From: Nitratidesulfovibrio vulgaris str. Hildenborough | GTDB taxonomy: Bacteria > Desulfobacterota > Desulfovibrionia > Desulfovibrionales > Desulfovibrionaceae | Direction of reading: 5' to 3' | DNA: 32,000 nucleotides | NCBI RefSeq assembly: GCF_000195755.1 | Contig: NC_002937.3 | Coordinates: forward strand, 1,860,001-1,892,000 | In this document: positions 1-8,456 of the stretch, piece after piece | How positions within the stretch are numbered: the stretch's first letter is position 1 | How the letters are laid out: each line of letters starts with the position of its first letter | Translations under genes and position numbers: made by a program | Notes under the pieces: generated by a model | The model's database searches: none | What the model was told of the DNA's origin: nothing | What the model saw: the letters and a program-made list of their open reading frames with translations, nothing else

Positions 1-1875
1 TTGCCCGATGGACGCACCAAGATGCGCCTCGGGTACGGAAATCTCCACAGCCATGATGGGTTCCAGCAAGACCGGGCCTGCGGACTGCATGGCCGCCTTC
101 ACGGCTGCCACCGCCGCCATGTGGTAGCCAGCAGGCGACGAGGCCCCGTCACGACGTTGCATGGACACGACCTCGACATCCACATCCTGCACGGGATACC
201 CTTTGACGACGCCGCTTTGCAGACTATCGACGACACCTTGGGCCACCGAGTCAACCCATGCCTGCGGCCACCCTTCCGTCGCCATGCCGAAACGCACCCG
301 GTTGCCCTTGTCACGCTCGCGGGCCGTCACGCGCAAAGAGACCTGCCCGTAGTGCGGCTGGTCACCCAGTTCACGGTCGAACTCGCCTGCGCCCTCGCCC
401 GTGCCGGACACGGTCTCCTGAAAGACGACCTGCGGGTTGCCCACACGCGGACTCACCCCGTACTCACGCCGGATACGTTCAAGTACCACTTCAAGGTGCA
501 ACTCGCCCATGCCGGAGAGGATGCGCTGCCCAGTGCCCTCGTCCTGTTCGACGGCAAGCGTGGGGTCTTCAAGGCACAGGCGCTCGAGAACCTCGTCGAG
601 CTTCTCGCCCTCTTCGGTGTTGCGCGGTTCCATGGCAAGCGAGATGACGGGACGGTAGGCCGCGATATTCTCGAGCAGCACGGGCCGTTCCGCGGCGGCG
701 ATGGTGTCGCCCGTGCGGGCGGCGCGCAATCCCATGACGCCGACGATGTCGCCGGCGAACGCCTCTTCGATCTGTTCGCGGCGTCCGGCGTGCAGCCGGA
801 ACAGCTTCGAGACGCGCTCGTCCACTTCACGCGTGACATTGCGACAGGTATCGCCCTCGCACAGCGTCCCGGCATAAAGCCGTACCAGAGCCACCTTGCG
901 GCTTCCTTCCATGACGACCTTGAAGACCAGCGCAGCCAATGGTGCCTTCGGTTCAGGCGAGACGACCACCCGCCTGCCCTCGCTCCGGTCGAGCCCGCGA
1001 ACCGGTGCCGCGTCGACAGGCGACGGCAGATAGGCACACACGCCGTCGAGAAGGGGCTGCACGCCGGTATTGTGCAAGGCAGACCCCGCAAAGACGGGGA
1101 CAAGGCTGCGCGCCAGCGTCACACGCCTGATGGCGGCACGGATTTCCTCGGGCGCAAGCTCTTCGCCTCCAAGGTACCGGTCGACGATGCCCTCGTCGTT
1201 CTCGGCGAGCGTCTCAAGCATCCTCTCGCGCCACACCTCGCAGAGGCGGGCACTCTCCCCTTCGACCGGCGCACGGGCATAGCTGCGGTCGTGCGCATCG
1301 GCGGGGAAGGTGAGCACTTCACGGGTGACGACATCGACAAGTCCTTCGAATGTCTCACCCTGCCCCATCGGCACGACCAGCGGCAAGGGCACGGCACCCA
1401 GCCGGGTGCGCATGGCGTCGAGGGTGGCTTCGAAATCCGCCCCAAGCCTGTCCATCTTGTTCACGAAGGCGAGTTTGGGGACGCCGAACTTCTCGGACTG
1501 CCGCCACACCGTCTCGGACTGGGGTTCGACACCTCCGACGGCGCAGAAGACCCCCACCGCCCCGTCAAGCACACGCAAAGAGCGCTCGACCTCGATGGTG
1601 AAGTCGACGTGCCCCGGCGTGTCGATGATGTTCACCGTATGCCGTCCCCATGTGCAGGTCGTGCAGGCAGAGGCGATGGTGATGCCACGCTCCTGTTCTT
1701 CGGGCATGAAGTCCATGGTCGCGGTGCCGTCATGCACTTCGCCCATGCGGTGAATCTTCTGGGTGTAAAAGAGAATACGCTCGGAAAGAGTGGTCTTGCC
1801 CGCGTCGATGTGGGCGATGATGCCGATGTTCCGCAAAAGTTCGAGACGGGGGGCGGGGCCATGAGAACTAGCCAT
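1..1875 (-). CDS. fusA: Elongation factor G paralogue (translational GTPase). N-terminal 625 codons; the C-terminus lies beyond the left window edge.
   Basis: Absent from the supplied ORF track because it has no in-window stop. The reverse-complement translation from ATG 1875-1873 reads MASSHGPAPRLELLRNIGIIAHIDAGKTTLSERILFYTQKIHRMGEVHDGTATMDFMPEEQERGITIASACTTCTWGRHTVNIIDTPGHVDFTIEVERSLRVLDGAVGVFCAVGGVEPQSETVWRQSEKFGVPKLAFVNKMDRLGADF... It carries G1 AHIDAGKTT, G2 RGITI, G3 DTPGH and G4 NKMD. I checked codon by codon: no TTA/CTA/TCA occurs in plus frame 1 between 1 and 1875, so the minus frame is open for all 625 codons. Confidence 0.92.
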   Translation of the reverse strand, partial: MASSHGPAPRLELLRNIGIIAHIDAGKTTLSERILFYTQKIHRMGEVHDGTATMDFMPEEQERGITIASACTTCTWGRHTVNIIDTPGHVDFTIEVERSLRVLDGAVGVFCAVGGVEPQSETVWRQSEKFGVPKLAFVNKMDRLGADFEATLDAMRTRLGAVPLPLVVPMGQGETFEGLVDVVTREVLTFPADAHDRSYARAPVEGESARLCEVWRERMLETLAENDEGIVDRYLGGEELAPEEIRAAIRRVTLARSLVPVFAGSALHNTGVQPLLDGVCAYLPSPVDAAPVRGLDRSEGRRVVVSPEPKAPLAALVFKVVMEGSRKVALVRLYAGTLCEGDTCRNVTREVDERVSKLFRLHAGRREQIEEAFAGDIVGVMGLRAARTGDTIAAAERPVLLENIAAYRPVISLAMEPRNTEEGEKLDEVLERLCLEDPTLAVEQDEGTGQRILSGMGELHLEVVLERIRREYGVSPRVGNPQVVFQETVSGTGEGAGEFDRELGDQPHYGQVSLRVTARERDKGNRVRFGMATEGWPQAWVDSVAQGVVDSLQSGVVKGYPVQDVDVEVVSMQRRDGASSPAGYHMAAVAAVKAAMQSAGPVLLEPIMAVEISVPEAHLGASIGQ

Positions 1876-2878
1876 GGAGCATCTCCGGCGGGAAGGAAGT
1901 GGCGGGAACGTGCCGTCCTATGGTCAGGGAGCGTTCGATGAAAAAATCTGGCGTCAGGTCCGGGAAGGCCCAGCACCCTTCACGGGACGATGTCAGCACA
2001 AGCCGCGCGCGCATTGCCCAGAAGGATGCCGACGCAGCCCCGCAAAAAGCGGCATCGCAGGCGTATTCGCCGCCCGGGATGCCGTCGGCAGGCGTAGCGG
2101 ACGGACTCATATCCGCAGCAGGGGCAACGCCGGCATCGGGGGAACCCTCGCAAGCCGTCGGCCCTCCGGCCGCAACGTTTGTCGCAAGGGCATCACCGTG
2201 CGCCCAGCGCACAAGTGCGGCATCGACCCCTTCGTCCTCGACGATGACGACGCGTGGCGTCCCCCCGTCATGCCAGACCGGGGTGTCAGCCTCGATGGCG
2301 GCCCGGCACAGCACAGCGAAGCTTGCCGCCCCTCCGAGGCACAGCAACCGCCCACGTCCCGCTTCTCTCAATCCTGCCACGAATCGCCCGATGTCTACGG
2401 TGTCCAATGAACCGGCGACCTCCTGTCCTGCAAGTTCAAGGGCCACGAGAAGCTGGTCGGGCCACGGCGTTGTCGCCGGGGCGAGTCGAATCACACGCAC
2501 ATCGGGCACGGCGGCGCAAAGTGCAGGCATGAGCGCAGCAAGGAGGCGGGGGGCGGAACGGAACGACTCGTCGATGACGACAAGTGTCCATGGTGCGACC
2601 CGTTCTGCACGCGCATAGGCCATGCCGGACCGGGGCAACGCGAAGGACTCGCTTCGGGGCAACAGAGGCTCGCCGTACAGCACATGAAGGGCCGCTATGC
2701 AGGTCTTGAGTGCCGCGCGATACCCATCGGGCGCGGCATCATAGGCGCGGGCGAAATCCTCATCCGGTACTTGAAGGACTGACGGCATCGGGGCATCGAA
2801 GTCAGCAGGGTGCATGAGGTGTTCCGGTCGGTTGTGATGTCTTATGGCACGGGCACTATACGTCGCCACCAGCGGCAT
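1868..2878 (-). CDS. Hypothetical protein (336 aa), translationally coupled to the downstream EF-G paralogue. Possibly a degenerate histidinol-dehydrogenase-like fold.
   Basis: ORF-track entry with coding-like codon usage (GC-rich third positions). Its TAG stop (1870-1868) overlaps codons 2-3 of the EF-G gene, giving an 8-nt overlap (ATGGCTAG). By eye the segment layout resembles HisD: LLAALMPALCAAVPDVRVIRLAP, LLCLGGAASFAVL, VVIVEDEGVDAALVRWAHG. The start is uncertain, with alternative ATGs at codons 22 and 31. Confidence 0.6.
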   Translation of the reverse strand: MPLVATYSARAIRHHNRPEHLMHPADFDAPMPSVLQVPDEDFARAYDAAPDGYRAALKTCIAALHVLYGEPLLPRSESFALPRSGMAYARAERVAPWTLVVIDESFRSAPRLLAALMPALCAAVPDVRVIRLAPATTPWPDQLLVALELAGQEVAGSLDTVDIGRFVAGLREAGRGRLLCLGGAASFAVLCRAAIEADTPVWHDGGTPRVVIVEDEGVDAALVRWAHGDALATNVAAGGPTACEGSPDAGVAPAADMSPSATPADGIPGGEYACDAAFCGAASASFWAMRARLVLTSSREGCWAFPDLTPDFFIERSLTIGRHVPATSFPPEMLHG

Positions 2879-3023
2879 GGCAACGCACCCGTGACAGCTG
2901 CACCATTCGGCCTATGGGGAGCACGGGAGCCGACAGCGGGGCAGTGGCAGCCTCACCGCAGGCGACACAGGGGGCAAGCCGGTGCGGCACGCTGGACATG
3001 CCTGTCATCTCCAGCAATACCAA

Positions 3024-3052
3024 GGCGCAACCGGAGAAGATCCGATTGCGCC
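3024..3052 (-). terminator. Candidate intrinsic terminator after the 401-aa secreted-protein gene
   Basis: Hairpin GGCGCAA-c-CGGA-gaaga-TCCG-a-TTGCGCC lies 30 nt downstream of the stop at 3082. On the transcribed strand it is followed by TTGGTATT. Confidence 0.35.
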
Positions 3053-3081
3053 TGTCCATGTCCTTTCGGGTACTGGTATCG

Positions 3082-4269
3082 TCAGCCGTCTATGCCGGGT
3101 TTGCCCAGCTTGCGTTTCATGTAGTTCTTGATGTGCACGCTCACGAGTTCGTCGCGTGACAGCGTCTCGGCGTACCCGGCGTCCTTGAGAATCGACCAGA
3201 AATCCGAACCGGAGAGCACCGAGTCCTTCTCGCCGAGTTGCATCAGATGCTCACTGTAGGTGGCAAGAGCCTTGCGCAACTCGGTCTCGGGGGTGCGACG
3301 CAGGTTGCGCCCCAACGTGGCGAGTTCTTCGGCAGGCGGCAACTTGTCCGACTCGAGCACCTGCTTGAAGCCGGAAAGGAAACGTGTGGAACCGGCAAGG
3401 ATGTGGCTGCGTTTGACCACGTTCAGATTGCTCCACCCGGCCTTCACCCATTTGAACAGGGCATAGCCCGTCGTATTGCCGCCGGGCGTCTCCTCGTAGA
3501 AGACCGCAATGGTCGACGAGTCGTACATGTAGGTGTTCACCCATCCGAGGCCACGCATGGTCGACCCTGTGACGGGCGAATAGACGTATTCCCAGTTACG
3601 GTCGTCTCCCACGATGGCACCCTTGCGGCCCACCGTGGAGGGTGCCTGCTGGCGCGACACGGAGATGAGCACCGCCCTCCCCTGATGGCGCGTGAGGATG
3701 AGAAGCCTGTCCAGTTTGTATGAGTAATAGCAGCCGCTGAACGAATCGGGGGTGATTTCCTCGAACTCGGCACCGCGCAACACAACAGGCTCGCCTTTTT
3801 CGGCCATCTTGTCCCACAGGGCCACGCGCTGCTTGAGAAGGTCGCTTCCGGGCAACCAGAAGCCCCGCCGCAGCGCAGAGGGATATACGGCCTCTGCCGG
3901 GATGTCCGGGTCGTAGCAGTAGCGCAGGATGCGCGCCAGAGGGGCCTTGATGGTGTCTCGCGTGAAGGCACCGAAGCCCTGTTCCGTCTTGCCGGGACGG
4001 GCCGTGGCCGTTTCGGCGGCGGGACGGAAAACGAAGTCCAGAACGGCGGCATACCCTGCCGGGTCGGGCACTGGCCCTTGCCGGGGCACCGAGGCGAGAA
4101 GGCCTTCCAGCCCCGCCTCCACATCTGCGGGAAGTGTACCGCTCTCGACCTCTTCGGCGCGGGCGGGGACGGACAGCAGGCAACAAAGAATGAAAAACGC
4201 ACACAACGTACGCACAACGATGCCGTATCGGCTAAAAAAACGCTCGGGCATGGACGGAAGCGACCTCAT
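3082..4269 (-). CDS. Secreted or periplasmic protein of unknown function
   Basis: Long ORF (the track gives 3082-4287 with a GTG start; the first ATG is at 4269 and another at 4251). The N-terminus has a signal-peptide pattern: basic residues, then hydrophobic TLCAFFILCCLLSV, then PARA/EE. I recognise no family motif. Confidence 0.65.
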   Translation of the reverse strand: MRSLPSMPERFFSRYGIVVRTLCAFFILCCLLSVPARAEEVESGTLPADVEAGLEGLLASVPRQGPVPDPAGYAAVLDFVFRPAAETATARPGKTEQGFGAFTRDTIKAPLARILRYCYDPDIPAEAVYPSALRRGFWLPGSDLLKQRVALWDKMAEKGEPVVLRGAEFEEITPDSFSGCYYSYKLDRLLILTRHQGRAVLISVSRQQAPSTVGRKGAIVGDDRNWEYVYSPVTGSTMRGLGWVNTYMYDSSTIAVFYEETPGGNTTGYALFKWVKAGWSNLNVVKRSHILAGSTRFLSGFKQVLESDKLPPAEELATLGRNLRRTPETELRKALATYSEHLMQLGEKDSVLSGSDFWSILKDAGYAETLSRDELVSVHIKNYMKRKLGKPGIDG

Positions 4270-4478
4270 GAAGGGAAATACTGGCACGGCAGGACACCGA
4301 CCATCTTGTTCCCCTCAAGGTACTGGGCTATCGTCGGCGCGTCAAGAACGCCCGCGGCCCTGCCTGCCAGACGTCGGCGGAGTCATGCAAGCCCCGCATC
4401 AACGAATATGGACGCCCACGTTCAAGCAAGTCGGACCGGCTGCGGAATGCAGCGGTCAAGCCCGCACACCGGGGGAGC

Positions 4479-5339
4479 ATGTCCTTCCTGAACGCCCTGT
4501 TTGCAACGATCGCCGCCACGGTGGCAACCATACCTGTCGTCACTTACGGGGCCTTTCTCCTCCACAACGGCCTGCCCCTGCCGGGGCGGCACACCGCAAG
4601 GCGTCTCGCAGCACTTGCCGAGGGAATGTGTCAGAGCGTGGGCGCGTTCTGCATGGTCGTTGCAGCCCTCCCCTTCCGGCGACGTTGCCGCCTGCCGTTG
4701 CAGCCCGAAGCTTCGGCCGGAGATGCAGGGCCTCACGTCCCCGTCCTGTTCGTCCACGGTCTCTATCACAACCCGAGCGCGTGGCTTCTCTATCGACCGA
4801 CGTTCGCGAGGCAGGGCATTGGCCCGGTGCATACGTTCGGCTATGACAGTTTCAGCAACGATTTCGCGACGCTGGTGCACCAGCTGGATGCGGCGGTCGA
4901 CGCCCTCATCCAAGCGCACCCCGCCACGCCGCCCATCCTCATCGGCCACAGTCTCGGCGGGCTTATCATCAGGGCGTGGCTTTCTCGCCATGATGGCGCC
5001 CGCCGCTGTTCCGGCGTCGTGACACTGGGTACGCCCCATCAGGGCAGTGCACTGGCAAGGCTTGGTATCGGCAATCTGGCACGCAGCCTTCTCTTCAGGG
5101 GGACGCTCGTCCAGACCGTCGAACGACACGAAGCCGCACCCGGCGTGCCCTGTGTCGCCATCCGTTCCCCGCTGGACAACATGGTCATCCCGGCGGAGGG
5201 GCTTCGGATTCGCGCACACGGCTGGACCGAGGTCGAAGGCCCTGCCGTCAGTCATGTCTGGATGCTCTGGGATGCACGGACACGGACATTGGTGCTGGAG
5301 ACGGCTCGACGCATCCGTGACGGGCTGCCTGTTACCTAA
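4479..5339 (+). CDS. Membrane-anchored alpha/beta-fold hydrolase (lipase/esterase-like)
   Basis: SD-like GGGGGAG lies upstream of the ATG. There are two N-terminal hydrophobic segments, followed by VLFVHG (oxyanion region), nucleophile elbow GHSLGG and TLGTPHQGS. Confidence 0.8.
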   Translation: MSFLNALFATIAATVATIPVVTYGAFLLHNGLPLPGRHTARRLAALAEGMCQSVGAFCMVVAALPFRRRCRLPLQPEASAGDAGPHVPVLFVHGLYHNPSAWLLYRPTFARQGIGPVHTFGYDSFSNDFATLVHQLDAAVDALIQAHPATPPILIGHSLGGLIIRAWLSRHDGARRCSGVVTLGTPHQGSALARLGIGNLARSLLFRGTLVQTVERHEAAPGVPCVAIRSPLDNMVIPAEGLRIRAHGWTEVEGPAVSHVWMLWDARTRTLVLETARRIRDGLPVT

Positions 5340-5369
5340 CCAGCGCACCTCTAGAGAGGACAACCGCGG

Positions 5370-6458
5370 TCACGCCCCCTCCAGGGTACCATAGACGCGC
5401 AGGTAGTCCCGGGCCATGCGGCGTTCGTCGAAGCATCGGGTCGCAAGGTCGCGAGCGGCCTTGCCGAACCCCCGCCGTACATGCGGCTGCGCGGCGAATT
5501 CGGCGCACACGAGAGCCAGCGTCGCCGCATCACCCACCGGGACGAGTCGTCCCGTCACACCGTCACGCACGATTTCGGGAACCCCGCCCACGTCGAAGGC
5601 GCAGACGGGCAGTCCCGCAGCCATCGCTTCCAGAATGCCGAGCGGATGATTGTCCGCAAGGGATGGATGGATGAAGACATCCGCCGCGGCACGGACGATG
5701 TGGAGATGCGCCTGGTCAAGGTACGGCAGACGCAGCAGGTCGCCATCCCGCCGCATGGCATCGCCCCCGACGAACACACCCAACGCGTTCGGCACAGCCT
5801 GTTTGACCGCATCCCATATGGTGGTCCAGAGTCCGCCTCCCTTGAGTTGCGAGGTCTCTCCGCCATGGGCGAGACACAGCACCACGAAGGCTTCAGCACC
5901 GATGCCCAGCGCCCTCCGGGCGGCCCCGGCATCGATGGTCTCCGGTATGGAAACGCCATTAGGCACCACTGCGCACGACAGTCCCGGCAAAGCCTGCCTG
6001 ACCATCCGCGCCAACCACCCCGAGGGGCTTACCAGATACGGAGCGAGTTCATACAGCAACTCTCGCAGGTGCCTCTGTCTTTCTTCCGCATTCGCATAGC
6101 CACGCGGACATGGCGAAAGACAGCCCTGATGCCAGCCCGGACAGTCGAAGGGCTGAATGCACCCACCGGTGAGCAGCGCGGCGTCGTGCAGAGTGATAAC
6201 CACACGCGGATGCCCCCGCAAGGCAGATAAGGCCAGTAGCCAGTCCGCAGTGGCATGGAGATGGATGAGGGCGCCTCGCGCTACGGCGGCAACGGCATCA
6301 GGCGACACCAGCGTGCAACCGGTAGCCGCATCCGCCACTTCTGCGGTACGCCGCGAATCGACCCCTTCAGCGCCAAGCCGTTGGTGCAACAGGTTCGCCA
6401 CACGCGCAGCCCCGCCCCTGTGGGCGAAAAAGGTATGGTGAACGACGGCAAGGCCCAT
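5370..6458 (-). CDS. Glycosyltransferase, GT-B fold, family 4-like
   Basis: The track ORF 5370-6719 is over-extended. An internal ATG at 6458-6456 (MGLAVVHHTFF...) overlaps the upstream TGA (6460-6458) as TGATG. The C-terminal half has the retaining GT4 signature (FIHPSLADNHPLGILEAMAAGLPVCAFDVGGVPEIVRDGVTG). Confidence 0.85.
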   Translation of the reverse strand: MGLAVVHHTFFAHRGGAARVANLLHQRLGAEGVDSRRTAEVADAATGCTLVSPDAVAAVARGALIHLHATADWLLALSALRGHPRVVITLHDAALLTGGCIQPFDCPGWHQGCLSPCPRGYANAEERQRHLRELLYELAPYLVSPSGWLARMVRQALPGLSCAVVPNGVSIPETIDAGAARRALGIGAEAFVVLCLAHGGETSQLKGGGLWTTIWDAVKQAVPNALGVFVGGDAMRRDGDLLRLPYLDQAHLHIVRAAADVFIHPSLADNHPLGILEAMAAGLPVCAFDVGGVPEIVRDGVTGRLVPVGDAATLALVCAEFAAQPHVRRGFGKAARDLATRCFDERRMARDYLRVYGTLEGA

Positions 6459-8287
6459 CAGTACACTTCCAGCAGGTCGTGCTTGAGGGCCCATAGCACG
6501 AGAAAATGGAGACCTTCCAAGGTCAGGTCGCCGTTCCCCGGAAGCGACCAGAGACTGCCGCCCGGAACGGCATCTTCGCTGGCACCGGCCCCGCGGGGAC
6601 TCGTCGGAGGCGAATCCGGCATGAGCGATGTCGACCGTCCAGCGGCACTCGGAACAGACGCAGACATGTCGGGGGCAGCATCGCCCCCCCTGTCCGCACC
6701 CGATAGCAGGTGGCCGCAAATCTCACGTAGCGAAGCCCCCTTCCTGGTCCGGAAAAGCAGCCTGTGCAACGCCTCATCAGGAACCATGAACGCCACGCCG
6801 GGATACGGCGTCGCCTGTTCGCGCCCGCCATAAACGGCCAACCCCGCCGGAGTCGCCCTGACACGCAGGTTGGCGTCGAGCCTTGCAGAGGGATACCCCC
6901 CGAAGACATCCGCATAGGACATCGCCATGGGGTGCGCGTGCATCCGGCACTGTTCATCGACGGGTTCCTGCCACAACGCGTCCCACAGCCCCACCCATCG
7001 GGAGACGACAGACTCCCAAGCGAACCGTGCAAGCACCCGTTCGCGTCCGGCACGCCCCATCTCTTCGCGCAACGCCGCAGAGACGGCAAGTCGGGCGATG
7101 GAAGCGCCGAAAGCCTCCACATCGACGGCGACCTGCTGCGCAAGGAGCAGATGGTACTGATTGTCGTAGAGTAGCGGCGCGGCGACATCCACCCCAGCCG
7201 ACACGGCGGGACCGAGGGTCGACACCAGAAAACCGGTCACGCCATCCTCGACAAGGTCACGGTAGCCGTCCCAGTCGGAAGCGACCACGGGCAACCCCGC
7301 AGCAGCAGCCTCAAGAAGCGTCAGACCGAACGTCTCCTGCACATTGTCGGAAGGCGAGAGAAAGATGTCGGCAGCGGCGTACAGACCATTACGCGTTGCG
7401 TCATCCGGCGACCGCACGACACGGACCCGCACACCGTACAGTGCCCCCATCCGCTCGAGAATGCCGGGCATTCCGTCATCCGCATCAGCCTGTCCGGCAA
7501 TGACGAGCAGGTACTCCCCACGGGGCAGCCCGCACGATTCGGCCCGTTGCAGCATCCTGAAGAGTGGCAGCAAATCCATCTTGGCATAGTGGGCGATACG
7601 CCCCACCACAAGAAGCACCAGTTCATCACCGACGCCAAGACGTCCGCGTTCACGCGCCCTCGCCTTCGGGTCGGGGGCGGGCAGCGACACCGGGTCTACA
7701 CCGAGGGGCATCCGCAGCACCTGCGGTTGCGGATGAGCCTCTGGGGTCAAGCCATAGCCCCGCCGCAGGTTGGCGAACATGCGTCCAACGACGGCACAAC
7801 CGGCATGCGACGTTGAGACGATGGCGTCGCGTCGTGTGCAACCGGGCCACATATGCGCCAGCAGCGAGGCACCGTAACGGGTGTAGCTGAGCGAGTGCGT
7901 CACCCCGGTCACCGGAAAGACCTGCGGCGCAAGATGGTTGCGTAGTGCAGAAAGCCATGGCTGTTCCGTCATCGGGTCGGAGAGATGAAAGCAATGGAAG
8001 GGCTGCCGCACAAGGGCTGCCGGCAGTTCAAGGCGCGTAGCCACCTTCAGTGCACCGCGCCGCACCGCCGGTGTATCACACAGCGCTTGGGCGAGATGCG
8101 CCCCGGCATCGCGGGTGGGAAGAAAGAAGTGATAGCCGTCGTAAGGGTCGAGGTGCAGCAGGGCACGAAGAAACCCCTCATTGGCTACACAACGTCCCAT
8201 CACCACAGAGTGTTCAAGAAAGGGGTGAAGCGTTCCCCACAGGCGAGTGTGCTGCATGTTGGAGCAAAGCCACAGATACCCCTGCAT
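6458..8287 (-). CDS. Glycosyltransferase, GT4-like, with a C-terminal extension of about 190 aa
   Basis: GT4 E-x7-E region (FLSPSDNVQETFGLTLLEAAAAGLPVVASDWDGYRDLVEDGVTG). The preferred start is ATG 8287 (MQGYLWLC), preceded by GGAG with a 7-nt spacer. The track start at 8335 is upstream of that. Confidence 0.85.
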   Translation of the reverse strand: MQGYLWLCSNMQHTRLWGTLHPFLEHSVVMGRCVANEGFLRALLHLDPYDGYHFFLPTRDAGAHLAQALCDTPAVRRGALKVATRLELPAALVRQPFHCFHLSDPMTEQPWLSALRNHLAPQVFPVTGVTHSLSYTRYGASLLAHMWPGCTRRDAIVSTSHAGCAVVGRMFANLRRGYGLTPEAHPQPQVLRMPLGVDPVSLPAPDPKARARERGRLGVGDELVLLVVGRIAHYAKMDLLPLFRMLQRAESCGLPRGEYLLVIAGQADADDGMPGILERMGALYGVRVRVVRSPDDATRNGLYAAADIFLSPSDNVQETFGLTLLEAAAAGLPVVASDWDGYRDLVEDGVTGFLVSTLGPAVSAGVDVAAPLLYDNQYHLLLAQQVAVDVEAFGASIARLAVSAALREEMGRAGRERVLARFAWESVVSRWVGLWDALWQEPVDEQCRMHAHPMAMSYADVFGGYPSARLDANLRVRATPAGLAVYGGREQATPYPGVAFMVPDEALHRLLFRTRKGASLREICGHLLSGADRGGDAAPDMSASVPSAAGRSTSLMPDSPPTSPRGAGASEDAVPGGSLWSLPGNGDLTLEGLHFLVLWALKHDLLEVY

Positions 8288-8456
8288 GTCAAATCTCCGC
8301 CCGGAAAAAACTGCCCTTTCGTCTCTTCGTTTCACCAGCAGCGGGGATGACGGCTCTCCACGCCTAGAGCCATGGGCTCAGAACCGTAATGGCCCGCATA
8401 TTGCTTCAAGTCTGGAGACAACCAATCCCGGGGGAAAAGGGATGGGGGGAGACAGG

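Noticed and set aside
1-1941. 646-aa plus-strand ORF, the longest in the left part of the track
   Set aside because: Its translation is Arg/His/Gly/Asp-rich with no recognisable motifs. The opposite strand in the same codon register encodes an unmistakable EF-G. This is an antisense shadow ORF, as expected in high-GC DNA.
5349-5356. Palindrome CTCTAGAG between the convergent hydrolase and glycosyltransferase genes
   Set aside because: An 8-bp palindrome in a 30-nt spacer is too short to form a terminator hairpin (2-nt loop) and is easily explained by chance.
5370-6719. Over-long versions of real genes in the ORF track (also 12287-13630, 15340-15951, 15780-16721, 17977-18561, 21747-22103, 25906-26712, 8247-9920)
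   Set aside because: The upstream parts overlap the preceding genes and have junk-like composition. Internal start codons have proper SD sequences or ATGA/TGATG coupling overlaps, so I trimmed the coordinates.
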